A stretch of 64,000 nucleotides of DNA from Gemmatimonadota bacterium (GTDB lineage Bacteria; Gemmatimonadota; Gemmatimonadetes; Gemmatimonadales; Gemmatimonadaceae): NCBI GenBank assembly GCA_040389905.1, contig JAZJZK010000008.1:64001-128000 (forward strand), read 5' to 3'. The translations under genes were made by a program, and so were the position numbers. Under the pieces are notes generated by a model. That model did not search any database and was not told the origin of the DNA. It saw nothing but the letters and a program-made list of their open reading frames with translations. Positions 55,875-64,000 of the stretch are shown in pieces. Numbering within the stretch: the first letter of the stretch is position 1; the number at the start of each line of letters is the position of its first letter.

Positions 55875-55883
55875 GGAAGCTGT

Positions 55884-55973
55884 TGTCACCCCGAGCGAGC
55901 AAAGCGAGTCGAGGGGTCTGCACCTCAACCCCAGGCTGCACGTGCCGATCCCTCGACTTCGGTCGGGATGACA
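55884..55973. repeat. REP-like inverted repeat (GTCxCCCYGAG...CGAGGG family)
   Basis: TGTCACCCCGA / TCGGGATGACA and AGTCGAGGGGTC / GATCCCTCGACT pair; similar to the 48.1 kb element. Confidence 0.8.
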
Positions 55974-56044
55974 TCCATGCGCACGATGGCCGGATTCTCA
56001 AACCTCATTAGCTTCCAACCATTCCCGATCCCGGAGCCACGCCC

Positions 56045-56233
56045 GTGAACGAAGCTCAGCTGAAAGCATTGTTGAGAAAGACCCAAGCCGCTGCCGCTGC
56101 GGCGAAGCCCAAGAAGAATCGGAACTACGACGCCACCCTCGACGCCACGCGCCCGCCGCAGACCGAAGCCGAGGAGGCCGCGAGCTCCGATGCGAAGGAC
56201 CTCTTCCAGCAGATGAAGAAGCGCGAGTTCTAG
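56045..56233 (+). CDS. Small hypothetical protein (62 aa)
   Basis: GGAG RBS, GC3-rich codons, fills the gap before the mutarotase. Confidence 0.65.
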   Translation: MNEAQLKALLRKTQAAAAAAKPKKNRNYDATLDATRPPQTEAEEAASSDAKDLFQQMKKREF

Positions 56234-56249
56234 CGTTGCATCATTCAGG

Positions 56250-57071
56250 GTGAGTCTCGAGAAGATCGACCTGCGCGCTGCAGACGGAGCGTCCTCCGAG
56301 GTGTATCTCCACGGCGCGCACGTCACGTCATGGAGACCGGCGCCAAGTTACGACGAGCAGCTTTTCCTCAGCGCCGCGACCGAACTGCGCGACGGCGTCG
56401 CCATCCGTGGCGGCATTCCCGTCATCTTCCCGCAGTTTGCTGCAGAGGGTCCGCTCCCCCGCCATGGTTTCGCGCGGACGAGCATTTGGACAGACGCAGG
56501 TATTGCGCACGACCCGGATGGCGACGCGATCGCCACCTTCACATTCAGCGATTCTCCAGCAACGCGCGCGATTTGGCCCGTGGCGTTTGCCGCGACGCTC
56601 GCTGTGCGTGTCGGCGGGCGCCAACTGACCGTCTCGCTCACCGTCGAGAATACCGGCACCGAAGCGTTCTCCTTTACCGCCGCACTACACACGTATCTTC
56701 GCGTGCGAGATGTCGCGTTGGCCGAAGTGATAGGGCTGCACGGTTGCCGTTACCGTGAGTCGGTTGCGCCAGGCGTCCTTCGCTTCGATGGCGAGGAAAG
56801 CCTTCACCTCCATGGCGAAATCGACCGCGTGTACGTTGGGGCACCGGCGAGGCTCACCCTGCGCGAGCCCGGCCGTGCGTTGGCTATTCAATCGTCGGAA
56901 TTCGAAGACGCCGTGCTGTGGAATCCCGGGGCGATGGCTGCCGGCCTCAAGGACATGGAGCCCGGTGGCGAGAAGCACATGCTCTGCATCGAGGCGGCGA
57001 CAGTGCAGTTGCCGATTGTGCTCGACGAAGGTCGGCGGTGGTCCGGCGCCCAGACGCTGACCGTGCTGTAA
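56250..57071 (+). CDS. D-hexose-6-phosphate mutarotase (YeaD-like aldose 1-epimerase)
   Basis: GAHVTSW, AIRGGIPVIFPQF, HGFAR, ALHTYL, EIDRVY, VLWNPG, LCIEAA. Confidence 0.93.
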   Translation: MSLEKIDLRAADGASSEVYLHGAHVTSWRPAPSYDEQLFLSAATELRDGVAIRGGIPVIFPQFAAEGPLPRHGFARTSIWTDAGIAHDPDGDAIATFTFSDSPATRAIWPVAFAATLAVRVGGRQLTVSLTVENTGTEAFSFTAALHTYLRVRDVALAEVIGLHGCRYRESVAPGVLRFDGEESLHLHGEIDRVYVGAPARLTLREPGRALAIQSSEFEDAVLWNPGAMAAGLKDMEPGGEKHMLCIEAATVQLPIVLDEGRRWSGAQTLTVL

Positions 57072-57099
57072 GCTGATTCCACCTACATCTACAGGCGTC

Positions 57100-57327
57100 A
57101 TGAGTGAAGAAACGTTGGGCCAGAGCGCGGAGTCGCCGCGAGAGGGATTGGCCACGCAGTTGAAACAGCTCGAAGCGTTCGTTGCGCGCACGGAGCAGTC
57201 TGGCGAAGAGCTGCCGCCTGAAGCGCTGGAAATGATCTCGCGCCTTCGCGAGATCGTGACTGCGCTCGACGGCCTCGCGGCGACCTTGGGCCACCCCGAC
57301 GCTACGCCACCGGGAGAACCTTCGTGA
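57100..57327 (+). CDS. Small hypothetical helical protein (75 aa)
   Basis: Fills the gap in a co-oriented run; GTGA overlap with the next gene. Confidence 0.6.
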   Translation: MSEETLGQSAESPREGLATQLKQLEAFVARTEQSGEELPPEALEMISRLREIVTALDGLAATLGHPDATPPGEPS

Positions 57328-57707
57328 ACTCCCTCCCACGCCCTTCGGTATCGCTGCTGTTGATGGGCGCATTCTTCGTGTTCGCCGGCGTCATGCATTT
57401 CGTCAAGCCAGGTGCGTACGTTCGCATCATGCCGCCGTGGATGCCGGCACCCTTGGCGCTCGTCCTCATCAGCGGCGTCTTCGAAATCCTCGGTGGAGCA
57501 GGCGTCCTGTTGCCCGCCACGCGGTTGGCGGCTGGCTGGGGACTGATCGCGCTCCTCGTCGCCGTGTATCCCGCGAATGCGCAGATGTTGATGAACGCGT
57601 ACGCTGAGCATTGGTCGGCGTGGTGGAAGCTCGGCCTCTGGGCGCGCATGCCGCTCCAGCCGCTGATGATTTTCTGGGTCTACCGTTCGGCGGTGCGCGC
57701 CGGCTGA
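57324..57707 (+). CDS. DoxX-like membrane protein
   Basis: AGVMHF, SGVFEILGG, AVYPAN, RMPLQPL. Confidence 0.85.
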   Translation: MNSLPRPSVSLLLMGAFFVFAGVMHFVKPGAYVRIMPPWMPAPLALVLISGVFEILGGAGVLLPATRLAAGWGLIALLVAVYPANAQMLMNAYAEHWSAWWKLGLWARMPLQPLMIFWVYRSAVRAG

Positions 57708-57788
57708 GGGCCCGCACCTGCCGTTGCGCCGGAAGCGTGCTCACGCATTAGTATTGTCGCGAACCACCTGCCTCGACCCCTCCAAAAC

Positions 57789-58628
57789 ATGCGCCGACTC
57801 CTACTCCAGTTCACCGCCATCGCCACGCTTGCGTCCGCGGTGGGCGCCCAGCAGGCGAAGCCCGACACCGCAAAAAAGGCGGCGCCGCCCATCGCCGACA
57901 ACAGTTTCCTGATGGAGGAGGCGTACAACCAGGAATTCGGCGTCGTGCAGCACATCAGCGTGTTCCAGCGGACGAAAGAAGGAAGCTGGGCCTACGCCTT
58001 CACGCAGGAATGGCCATCGCCCTCGCAGAAGCACCAGATCAGCTACACCATTCCGATCCTGCGCCCCGACGGCGGAAGCGCCGGCGTCGGCGACGTGGCA
58101 TTGAACTATCGCTATCAGTTGTTGGGGGCTGAGGAAGAACCGTTGTGGTTCTCTCCGCGCGTCAGCCTGTACGCCCCCACGGGCGACGTCAAGCAGGGAC
58201 GTGGGGCAGGCGGGCCGGCCATCGAGTTGGCGTTTCCCGTCAGCTATGCGTTGAGCGATGCCTTCGTCACGCACTGGAATGCGGGCGGCAGCCTCACGCG
58301 GGCCGACAATGGTTTTGGAAAGACGGCAACCACACGTTCGATCAAAGGGGGAGTGAGCGGGATCTGGCTCCTCGCACCGACGTTCAACGTCATGGTGGAA
58401 GCCGTGGCCTCGCGCTTTCAGTTCCTCACGCCGACGGGCGCCCGCGCGGAGGGCACGAGCTACGTCATCTCACCCGGCGTGCGCGGCGCGATCAACTTTG
58501 CCTCGGGCCTTCAGGTTGTGCCGGGCATCGCGTTTCCGATCGGTGTCGGCAAGAGCAGTGGGCAGCGCGATCTCCTGCTCTATCTCAGCTTCGAGCATCC
58601 CTTCCGAACGGATCCCTCAGCGCATTAG
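57789..58628 (+). CDS. Secreted putative outer membrane beta-barrel protein
   Basis: Signal peptide; DNSFLMEEAYNQE, GVGDVALNYRYQ, PTGD, C-terminal YLSFEHPF. Confidence 0.7.
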   Translation: MRRLLLQFTAIATLASAVGAQQAKPDTAKKAAPPIADNSFLMEEAYNQEFGVVQHISVFQRTKEGSWAYAFTQEWPSPSQKHQISYTIPILRPDGGSAGVGDVALNYRYQLLGAEEEPLWFSPRVSLYAPTGDVKQGRGAGGPAIELAFPVSYALSDAFVTHWNAGGSLTRADNGFGKTATTRSIKGGVSGIWLLAPTFNVMVEAVASRFQFLTPTGARAEGTSYVISPGVRGAINFASGLQVVPGIAFPIGVGKSSGQRDLLLYLSFEHPFRTDPSAH

Positions 58629-58666
58629 CTGGTCGGTCCTGAAAACGGGCAGCTCTGGCGCGGACA

Positions 58667-58885
58667 CTAACTGACTCTGCGTCGCTCGCCCGTCGCTCTC
58701 GCGCGATGCACGTCGTTGGCCTGTGCCTCGCCCGACACGCTTGGCCGGATAGCGCGGCGGAGATCTTCGAGCAGCGCGTCTGACTCCGCCGCGTAGGAAA
58801 CAGTGCCGAATGCGCGGCCTCTCCATGTATCCCGCCGCGATTCCTGCGGCTCCGCTGTCGCCTGTGTTTTCCCTGTGTCCGTCAT
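58667..58885 (-). CDS. Small hypothetical protein (72 aa)
   Basis: Strong AAGGAG RBS 6 nt before ATG 58885. Confidence 0.5.
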   Translation of the reverse strand: MTDTGKTQATAEPQESRRDTWRGRAFGTVSYAAESDALLEDLRRAIRPSVSGEAQANDVHRARATGERRRVS

Positions 58886-58963
58886 CGCCAACTCCTTGGA
58901 GAGGTCGTGCCTATTCTCTCAGGCAACGGACGTACCAAATGGGCGTTTTCGATGTGATCCACG

Positions 58964-59929
58964 TCACGCCGATGACAAATCTCGAATAGCGTTACGTAAC
59001 AATGAGGCCGCCAGGTCGAGTTTGTACGCGTTCTTCGACAGCGGCTCAGCGTCCAGCAGAGCGCGCTCGGCGAGGCCGGCGATCGTCTCGTCGTCGAGTC
59101 CACCGGACATCGTTTCCTCTTCGACGGATGTGTAGACACGATACGGACGCGGCGACACGCCCCCGAGCACCAGGCGCACGTCGCCATCCACACGGCGCGC
59201 CGCAGCGAGACTCACGAGCGCAAAGTCCCACGCTTCTCGCTGCATGAGCTTGATGTATTGCTGCACACCACCGGCAGACGCCGCGGGCAATCGAATGGCG
59301 ACGATCATCTCGTCGTCGCCAAGGACGGTCTCCCGATGCAGTCGTTCGGACGGCAGCACGAAAAATTCCGCCGCAGCAACGGATCGCCGACCGGATTGGC
59401 CCGCGATCTCGATGTCGGCATCGAGCGCCACGAGTGCCACCGCAGGGTCCGAGGGATGCACGATCCAGCACGGACCCCCCTCGAGAATTGCCAGGTATTG
59501 GTTCTCCCCCTCCTTCGCCGGACAGTTCGAGCCCCCCGTCTTGTGACACGAAACGTTCTGCCGGAAGTACCAGCAGCGGGGGCGTTGCATCAGGTTTCCG
59601 GCGAGGGTCGCCATCGCCCGAATCGCCGGCGTGGCAACGGCATCGCAGGCGGACGCCAGCATGGGGAATCGTTCGCGGACCACGGCATTTTCGGCGATAG
59701 CATCGAGGCGGCAGGCGCCGCCAATCCGCACCGATCCGTCGGCCTGCGACACCACGCCCTGTGATTCGGCGAGCCAGCGGACGTCAACGACGGCGGACGG
59801 GGTGGCGAGCCCCTCGTCGATCGTGACGAGCAGGTCGGTTCCGCCGCCAAGCGCAACATGCGATGGCGCGGCGAGCAGGCGAAGCGCGTCAGGGAGGGAC
59901 TCCGGCCGCTGGTACTCGAATGTCGACAC
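58964..59929 (-). CDS. Xanthine dehydrogenase family FAD-binding subunit with Cys-rich [4Fe-4S]-type insert (PaoB/YagS-like)
   Basis: LGGGTDLL, IRAMATLAGNLMQRPRCWYFR, CHKTGGSNC, CWIVHPSD, REAWDFALVS, NAYK. Confidence 0.9.
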   Translation of the reverse strand: MSTFEYQRPESLPDALRLLAAPSHVALGGGTDLLVTIDEGLATPSAVVDVRWLAESQGVVSQADGSVRIGGACRLDAIAENAVVRERFPMLASACDAVATPAIRAMATLAGNLMQRPRCWYFRQNVSCHKTGGSNCPAKEGENQYLAILEGGPCWIVHPSDPAVALVALDADIEIAGQSGRRSVAAAEFFVLPSERLHRETVLGDDEMIVAIRLPAASAGGVQQYIKLMQREAWDFALVSLAAARRVDGDVRLVLGGVSPRPYRVYTSVEEETMSGGLDDETIAGLAERALLDAEPLSKNAYKLDLAASLLRNAIRDLSSA

Positions 59930-60097
59930 AATCGCTCGGCGTGTGCGTAAGGATGATGCGAGAGCATAGTCGCGCGGCGAAGGCTCGGCCAGTTGCCGAT
60001 GGTTGCGGAAGGGCCTTCAGCCTCGTCGATTTCCGGCGACCCAGTGGCACCGGTCTCGTCTACGGGGCCATGCTGGAAACACTTACGCGAGGTTCAC

Positions 60098-60301
60098 GTG
60101 CAATTCACCGTCATCGGGCTGAATGTTCTCTATGCCGTCATTGGCGTCGTGCTCATGTTTCTCGCCTACCGAGCGATCGACCGCCTGACGCCCGAAGTGG
60201 ATTTCCCCGCGGAGCTTCAGAAGGGCAACGTCGCCGTAGCGATCTTCATCGCCGCTATCTTTCTCTCGATCGCAATGATCATCGGCAAGGCATTGGGGTG
60301 A
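60098..60301 (+). CDS. DUF350 family small membrane protein
   Basis: GTG 60098 with GAGG RBS; DRLTP...ELQKGNVAVAI. Confidence 0.85.
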   Translation: MQFTVIGLNVLYAVIGVVLMFLAYRAIDRLTPEVDFPAELQKGNVAVAIFIAAIFLSIAMIIGKALG

Positions 60302-60999
60302 ACACATTGGGATCCGCCACCGGCCATCGTCTCGCAGTGCTGCAAAACAGGTTCTCCACCGGCCGTCTTCTGCGGCTGGCACTGCTGGTGGCGCTCATCG
60401 TCACGCCGCATGCGGCTCACTCCCAGCGTGCGCGCGAGCGGATCAAGAGCGTTGGGCAGGCGATTGCCCGCGCGTCCGAGGCGCGCGAGGCGAAGCGCAC
60501 AACGGAGCGATTCGATCCCATCTTCAAGAAGTACTCGAAGCGGTATTTCGGCGTCGGGACGGATTGGCATTGGTTCAAGGCGCAGGGCATGGCGGAGAGC
60601 GATCTCACGCCCGGGGCCACGAGCCGAGTCGGCGCACGCGGGATCATGCAACTGATGCCGTCGACGTATGGCCAGATACGGACGGCGCTGCCGCACTTCG
60701 GTGCCATCGACAATCCCGAGTGGAACATCGCCGCCGGCATTCTGCACGATCGCGACCTGTGGACGCTCTGGAGCCGCGATGTGGACGAACCGGAGCGCTG
60801 GCACTTCGTCTTCGCCGGCTACAACGCCGGTGAAGGAACGATCATGCGTGCACGCCGGGCGGCCTTTGCCGCGAAGCTCGATGACAGGACGTGGCCGAAC
60901 ATCGAAAGCGTCGCGCCGAAAGTGGAACGGTGGCGTTATACCGAAACGCTCGACTACGTGCGAAAGATCAAGGCGAACCACGCTGCGCTATCACCGTGA
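60298..60999 (+). CDS. Lytic transglycosylase (SLT domain, MltF-like)
   Basis: GTG 60298 overlaps the DUF350 stop; N-terminal hydrophobic segment, AQGMAES, GARGIMQLMP, AGYNAG, ETLDYV. Confidence 0.9.
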   Translation: MNTLGSATGHRLAVLQNRFSTGRLLRLALLVALIVTPHAAHSQRARERIKSVGQAIARASEAREAKRTTERFDPIFKKYSKRYFGVGTDWHWFKAQGMAESDLTPGATSRVGARGIMQLMPSTYGQIRTALPHFGAIDNPEWNIAAGILHDRDLWTLWSRDVDEPERWHFVFAGYNAGEGTIMRARRAAFAAKLDDRTWPNIESVAPKVERWRYTETLDYVRKIKANHAALSP

Positions 61000-61009
61000 T
61001 TCTTGCGGG

Positions 61010-61963
61010 TCACTCCGCGAGCCACCCTTCGATCATCGCTGTCACGCCCCGTCGCCGGACGTCGGCTATGGGCGTTGCCCACATGTCGATCAATCCTTGC
61101 AAGCGGTACTTGAAGCGAAACAATGTGAGCGCCGGCGTGCGGACATCGACGCCGCTGCTGCCGTATCCGTCGAGAAAGCGGCGCCCGGCATCTTGCCGCT
61201 CCGGCGGCGACAGCCCCTCTTCGAACTCGATGCACGTCAGGAAGCGCGCCGCGTCTTCGCCGCGCGCACACCGGTTGCCAAGGGCGTCGATCGACGGCTC
61301 GAACGAGGGGTCGATGATCGTTCCGCCGCCGGCGTCTCCATCGATGAAGATGTTGAAGGGCCCGAAGTCGCCATGCGTCCGTACGCGTGCGAGGCCGTCC
61401 GCTGTTGTCTGCGCCAGTCGGCGCTCGGTTTCGTCGAGTACCGTTCGCCGCAGCGACGCCGGCACGCGCCACTTCGCCGCCACCCTGTGCAGCCGATGTT
61501 CGATTGCGTGTGCGATCGCCGCAGTGGGATGTGCCCCCAGCAAGGGCACCGCATCAGAACGGTGCAGGGCTGCCAGCCACCGCCCGACGTCGAAGCAGTC
61601 CTGCTCGATCGCGTGCCGGCGCGACTGGGCGTGCAGCCGATGATCCAGCCGTTCACCCGTCGCGTGGACGGAGACCATCGCATCCAGCGGTGGGGGCAGA
61701 TATGCGGCAGGGTCGGCAAGATCGAACCCGCCAAAGGGCGCGCGGTGCGAGAGAAAGGCCCACTCCTTCTCGGCGTCACGCGCACGCGCGTACCGCTTCA
61801 CCCAGTATCGCCGCCGTGTTGCCGCACAACGAAGCTCGATGGCGTCGAGTGTCGTGATCTCTCCTCGAATGCGTTCCAGCACGTGTACGGTGAATGGCCC
61901 GCAATCGCGCATTCTCGGCGCGACGGCCAGCGCCGCCGTCAGCTGCCGCTCGAGCCGACTCAT
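61010..61963 (-). CDS. Aminoglycoside phosphotransferase/choline kinase family protein
   Basis: Start at ATG 61963; YWVKRY, GRWLAALH, THGDFGPFNIFI, IIDP, DAARF. Confidence 0.8.
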   Translation of the reverse strand: MSRLERQLTAALAVAPRMRDCGPFTVHVLERIRGEITTLDAIELRCAATRRRYWVKRYARARDAEKEWAFLSHRAPFGGFDLADPAAYLPPPLDAMVSVHATGERLDHRLHAQSRRHAIEQDCFDVGRWLAALHRSDAVPLLGAHPTAAIAHAIEHRLHRVAAKWRVPASLRRTVLDETERRLAQTTADGLARVRTHGDFGPFNIFIDGDAGGGTIIDPSFEPSIDALGNRCARGEDAARFLTCIEFEEGLSPPERQDAGRRFLDGYGSSGVDVRTPALTLFRFKYRLQGLIDMWATPIADVRRRGVTAMIEGWLAE

Positions 61964-61995
61964 GGGCGGGGTCCTGGCCGGCGCGCGATGTTCGC

Positions 61996-63036
61996 GTGCT
62001 GACGCTCTACACGGAAAGTGCGGCGCTCGCGCGCGGGATGGGTCACTGTCCCTTGCTGATGCCCTTTTGGGGCGTGCTCGCCGAGCCGGCAGAGTGGATC
62101 GCGACGCTGCGCTTCGATCGCTTCGCCGAGAGTGGCCGTGCGCACTTCTCCCTTTCGTCGTCGATCGCCGAGGCGGACGTGGCCGTGCTGCCGGGAACGT
62201 GGAATCACTACGAGCGTCATCGGCAGACCGAGCTCGCGATCGATTTCGTCGAGCGGATGACCGCGGCTGGCAAGCAGACGATCGTCTTTGTCGATACGGA
62301 TCGATACGAGCCGCTGCCATTCGCCAATGCGCTCGTGTTTCGCACGTCGATGTACCGGTCGCGGCGCCAGCCCAACGAATTCGCGCAGCCTGCGTGGAGC
62401 GGGGACCTGATGCGGCGCTATTGCAACGGTGTGCTGCCGTTGCGTGAGAAGCGCGAAGTGCCCGTCGTCGGATTCTGCGGGCTCGTGGCGCCCGTCGTGC
62501 GGCGTCGTGCGCTCGACGCGCTGCGAGCGTCGCCGCGCGTGGCGACCAGCTTTGTGGAACGCCGCGGTTTCTTCGGCGGGACGATCCGGTGGAGCACCGT
62601 GAAGGGGATTCATCAGCCGCGCTGGAACCAGAAAAGGGGCATCAAGGTGCGACGAGAGTATGTCGAGAATCTCGTCAGCTGCGACTACGTCCTTTGCGCC
62701 CGCGGCGGCGGCAATTTTTCACATCGATTCTATGAGGCCTTGATCTGCGGGCGCATCCCCGTCTTTGTCGATACGGACTGCGTGCTCCCGTATGACGGCC
62801 TACCCAGGAGCATGACGATCGACTGGCGGCGACACGCCGTCTGGTGCGACGAAACGGAAATCGCGCACATTGCCGACATCGTCGCCGACTTTCATCAACG
62901 CCTTACCGTGAACGCGTTCCGGGAGATGCAGCTGGCCAACCGGCAACTCTGGGAGGAGCGGCTATCGGCGCACGGCTTCTTCTCCTGCCTGCACGAGCAT
63001 CTGCCCGTGTCGCAACCCGCTCGCGACGGTCAGTGA
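61996..63036 (+). CDS. Exostosin-like (GT47) glycosyltransferase
   Basis: VGFCG, YVENLVSCDYVLCARGGGNFSHRFYEALICGRIPVFVDTDCVLP, NRQLWEERL. Start uncertain (GTG 61996 or ATG 62038). Confidence 0.8.
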   Translation: MLTLYTESAALARGMGHCPLLMPFWGVLAEPAEWIATLRFDRFAESGRAHFSLSSSIAEADVAVLPGTWNHYERHRQTELAIDFVERMTAAGKQTIVFVDTDRYEPLPFANALVFRTSMYRSRRQPNEFAQPAWSGDLMRRYCNGVLPLREKREVPVVGFCGLVAPVVRRRALDALRASPRVATSFVERRGFFGGTIRWSTVKGIHQPRWNQKRGIKVRREYVENLVSCDYVLCARGGGNFSHRFYEALICGRIPVFVDTDCVLPYDGLPRSMTIDWRRHAVWCDETEIAHIADIVADFHQRLTVNAFREMQLANRQLWEERLSAHGFFSCLHEHLPVSQPARDGQ

Positions 63037-63248
63037 GCTGGTGCCGCTTCCGCGCCGTGAGCCGGCGCCGCCGTGCCGGCGGCCTGAAAGCGCACATCCG
63101 TCGGCGCCTTGTACGTCGCGTTGTGGACGTAGGCTGCGCCCGCGGCGGAGGCGATAGCGAGCAACACGACGAACGCGGCAACTCCCCATCCTTCCTGCTT
63201 GAACGGGATATGCCGGCCAGCGTGCGAATCGGTCGTTTCGTCCTGCAT
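63030..63248 (-). CDS. Small single-TM hypothetical protein (72 aa)
   Basis: ATG 63248 with GGAG RBS; MQDETTDSHAGRHIPFKQEGWGVAAFVVLLAIASAAGAAYVHNATYKAPTD. Confidence 0.65.
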   Translation of the reverse strand: MQDETTDSHAGRHIPFKQEGWGVAAFVVLLAIASAAGAAYVHNATYKAPTDVRFQAAGTAAPAHGAEAAPAH

Positions 63249-63374
63249 CAGCGTCTCCGTGTGGGTCGAGTTCCGCGAATAAGTTAGCCCGCCGAGTGCG
63301 GACGCAACAGCCGCACGGGTGCAGATTCTGCACGCTCGGGTTTTCCCTGACAGACAGCCGGAGAGGCAGGATCG

Positions 63375-64000
63375 ATGACCACGAAACAGGCACGTGTGCA
63401 GGACACGGCAGGCATCGCGCGGAGGCCCCTTGGCCGAACGGGGGCCGTCGTTTCTGCCCTGGGCTTGGGCGGGTACCACCTCGGCCTCATTGGCTCCGAG
63501 CGAGAGGCCATCTCCATCGTGCATGCGTCGATCGATGCGGGCATCACCTTCATGGACAATGCGTGGGAGTACCATGATGGCAAGAGCGAAACGCGCATGG
63601 GGAAGGCGCTCGCCAACGGATGGCGCGAGCGTGTCTTCCTGATGACCAAGGTCTGCACGCATGGCCGCGACGCGAAGACGGCGATGCGCCAGCTCGAGGA
63701 CTCGCTTCGGCGCCTGAAGACAGATCACGTCGATCTCTGGCAGGTGCATGAGGTGGCGTACGACGGAGATCCGGATCGTCACTTCATGAAGGGCGGCGTG
63801 ATCGACGCGCTCGACCGCGCAAAAGCAAAGGGCCTCGTCCGATTCGTCGGCTTCACCGGACACAAGGATCCAGCGCTGCACCTGCAGATGCTGTCTCGCG
63901 GGTATCCCTTCGATACCTGCCAACTGCCACTCAATTGCTTCGACGCGACCTTCCGGAGCTTCGAGCAACAGGTACTGCCGGAACTTGCGCGGCAGGGCAT
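63375..64000 (+). CDS. Aldo/keto reductase (runs off the window end)
   Basis: Not in the ORF track. Manual translation: RRPLGRTG, SALGLGGYH, GITFMDNAWEY, SETRMGKAL, FLMTKV, SLRRLKTDHVDLWQVH, RFVGFTGHK. Confidence 0.93.
   Translation, partial: MTTKQARVQDTAGIARRPLGRTGAVVSALGLGGYHLGLIGSEREAISIVHASIDAGITFMDNAWEYHDGKSETRMGKALANGWRERVFLMTKVCTHGRDAKTAMRQLEDSLRRLKTDHVDLWQVHEVAYDGDPDRHFMKGGVIDALDRAKAKGLVRFVGFTGHKDPALHLQMLSRGYPFDTCQLPLNCFDATFRSFEQQVLPELARQG

Noticed and set aside
60045..60062. Sigma54 promoter (TGGCACCGGTCTCGT); similar near-match at ~41559
   Set aside because: Lacks the GC at -12.
60098..60999. Prophage lysis cassette
   Set aside because: No structural, integrase or replication phage genes in the window.
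61010..61963. Aminoglycoside resistance gene; likewise VanZ (27092-28396) as glycopeptide resistance
   Set aside because: Only fold-level family motifs; no resistance or mobile context.
63249..63968. Upstream 240 codons of the 312-aa minus-strand ORF
   Set aside because: Shadow of the plus-strand aldo/keto reductase; only the last 72 codons have an RBS and protein-like composition.

Overview
High-GC bacterial chromosomal window. The protein repertoire (SusC-like receptor, Ig/RCC1 lipoproteins, exosortase EPS locus, bacilliredoxin) suggests Gemmatimonadota; this taxonomy is an inference. Layout: (1) 1-4849, a SusC/RagA TonB-dependent receptor cut by the window edge and absent from the ORF track, plus an Ig/RCC1-repeat lipoprotein. 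(2) ~5136-34475, a ~29 kb mosaic Wzx/Wzy exopolysaccharide locus of the exosortase (PEP-CTERM-associated) type: wza, wzc, priming phosphoglycosyl transferase, exosortase, EpsI, deacetylases, FemAB-like, DegT, glycosyltransferases, methyltransferases, Cys-less AsnB-like, ATP-grasp ligase, flippase, Wzy, UDP-sugar dehydrogenase and an Ig-stalked jelly-roll lipoprotein. (3) Orphan groES, bacilliredoxin, a GT-C/methyltransferase/GT2 set, an ABC exporter, a WtpABC-like oxyanion importer and an orphan PAS-PAS-GAF kinase. (4) A sufB-C-D-U-Rieske-S operon whose sigma70 promoter is overlapped by an IscR/Rrf2-type palindrome. (5) A cupin/HipA-like kinase/DUF3037 module, small proteins, an orphan XDH-family FAD subunit, DUF350-SLT, a divergent APH-kinase/exostosin (GT47) pair and a partial aldo/keto reductase. 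REP-like hairpins of three sequence families occupy intergenic gaps. No CRISPR array, rRNA, tRNA, transposase or prophage was seen. Best novelty candidates: an amide-forming EPS tailoring module (glutaminase-dead AsnB + ATP-grasp + deacetylase + flippase), the HipA-like/DUF3037 module, a WtpA apparently lacking its carboxylate ligands, and the Ig-stalked lyase-like lipoprotein. All family calls come from motifs read by eye, not from database searches.
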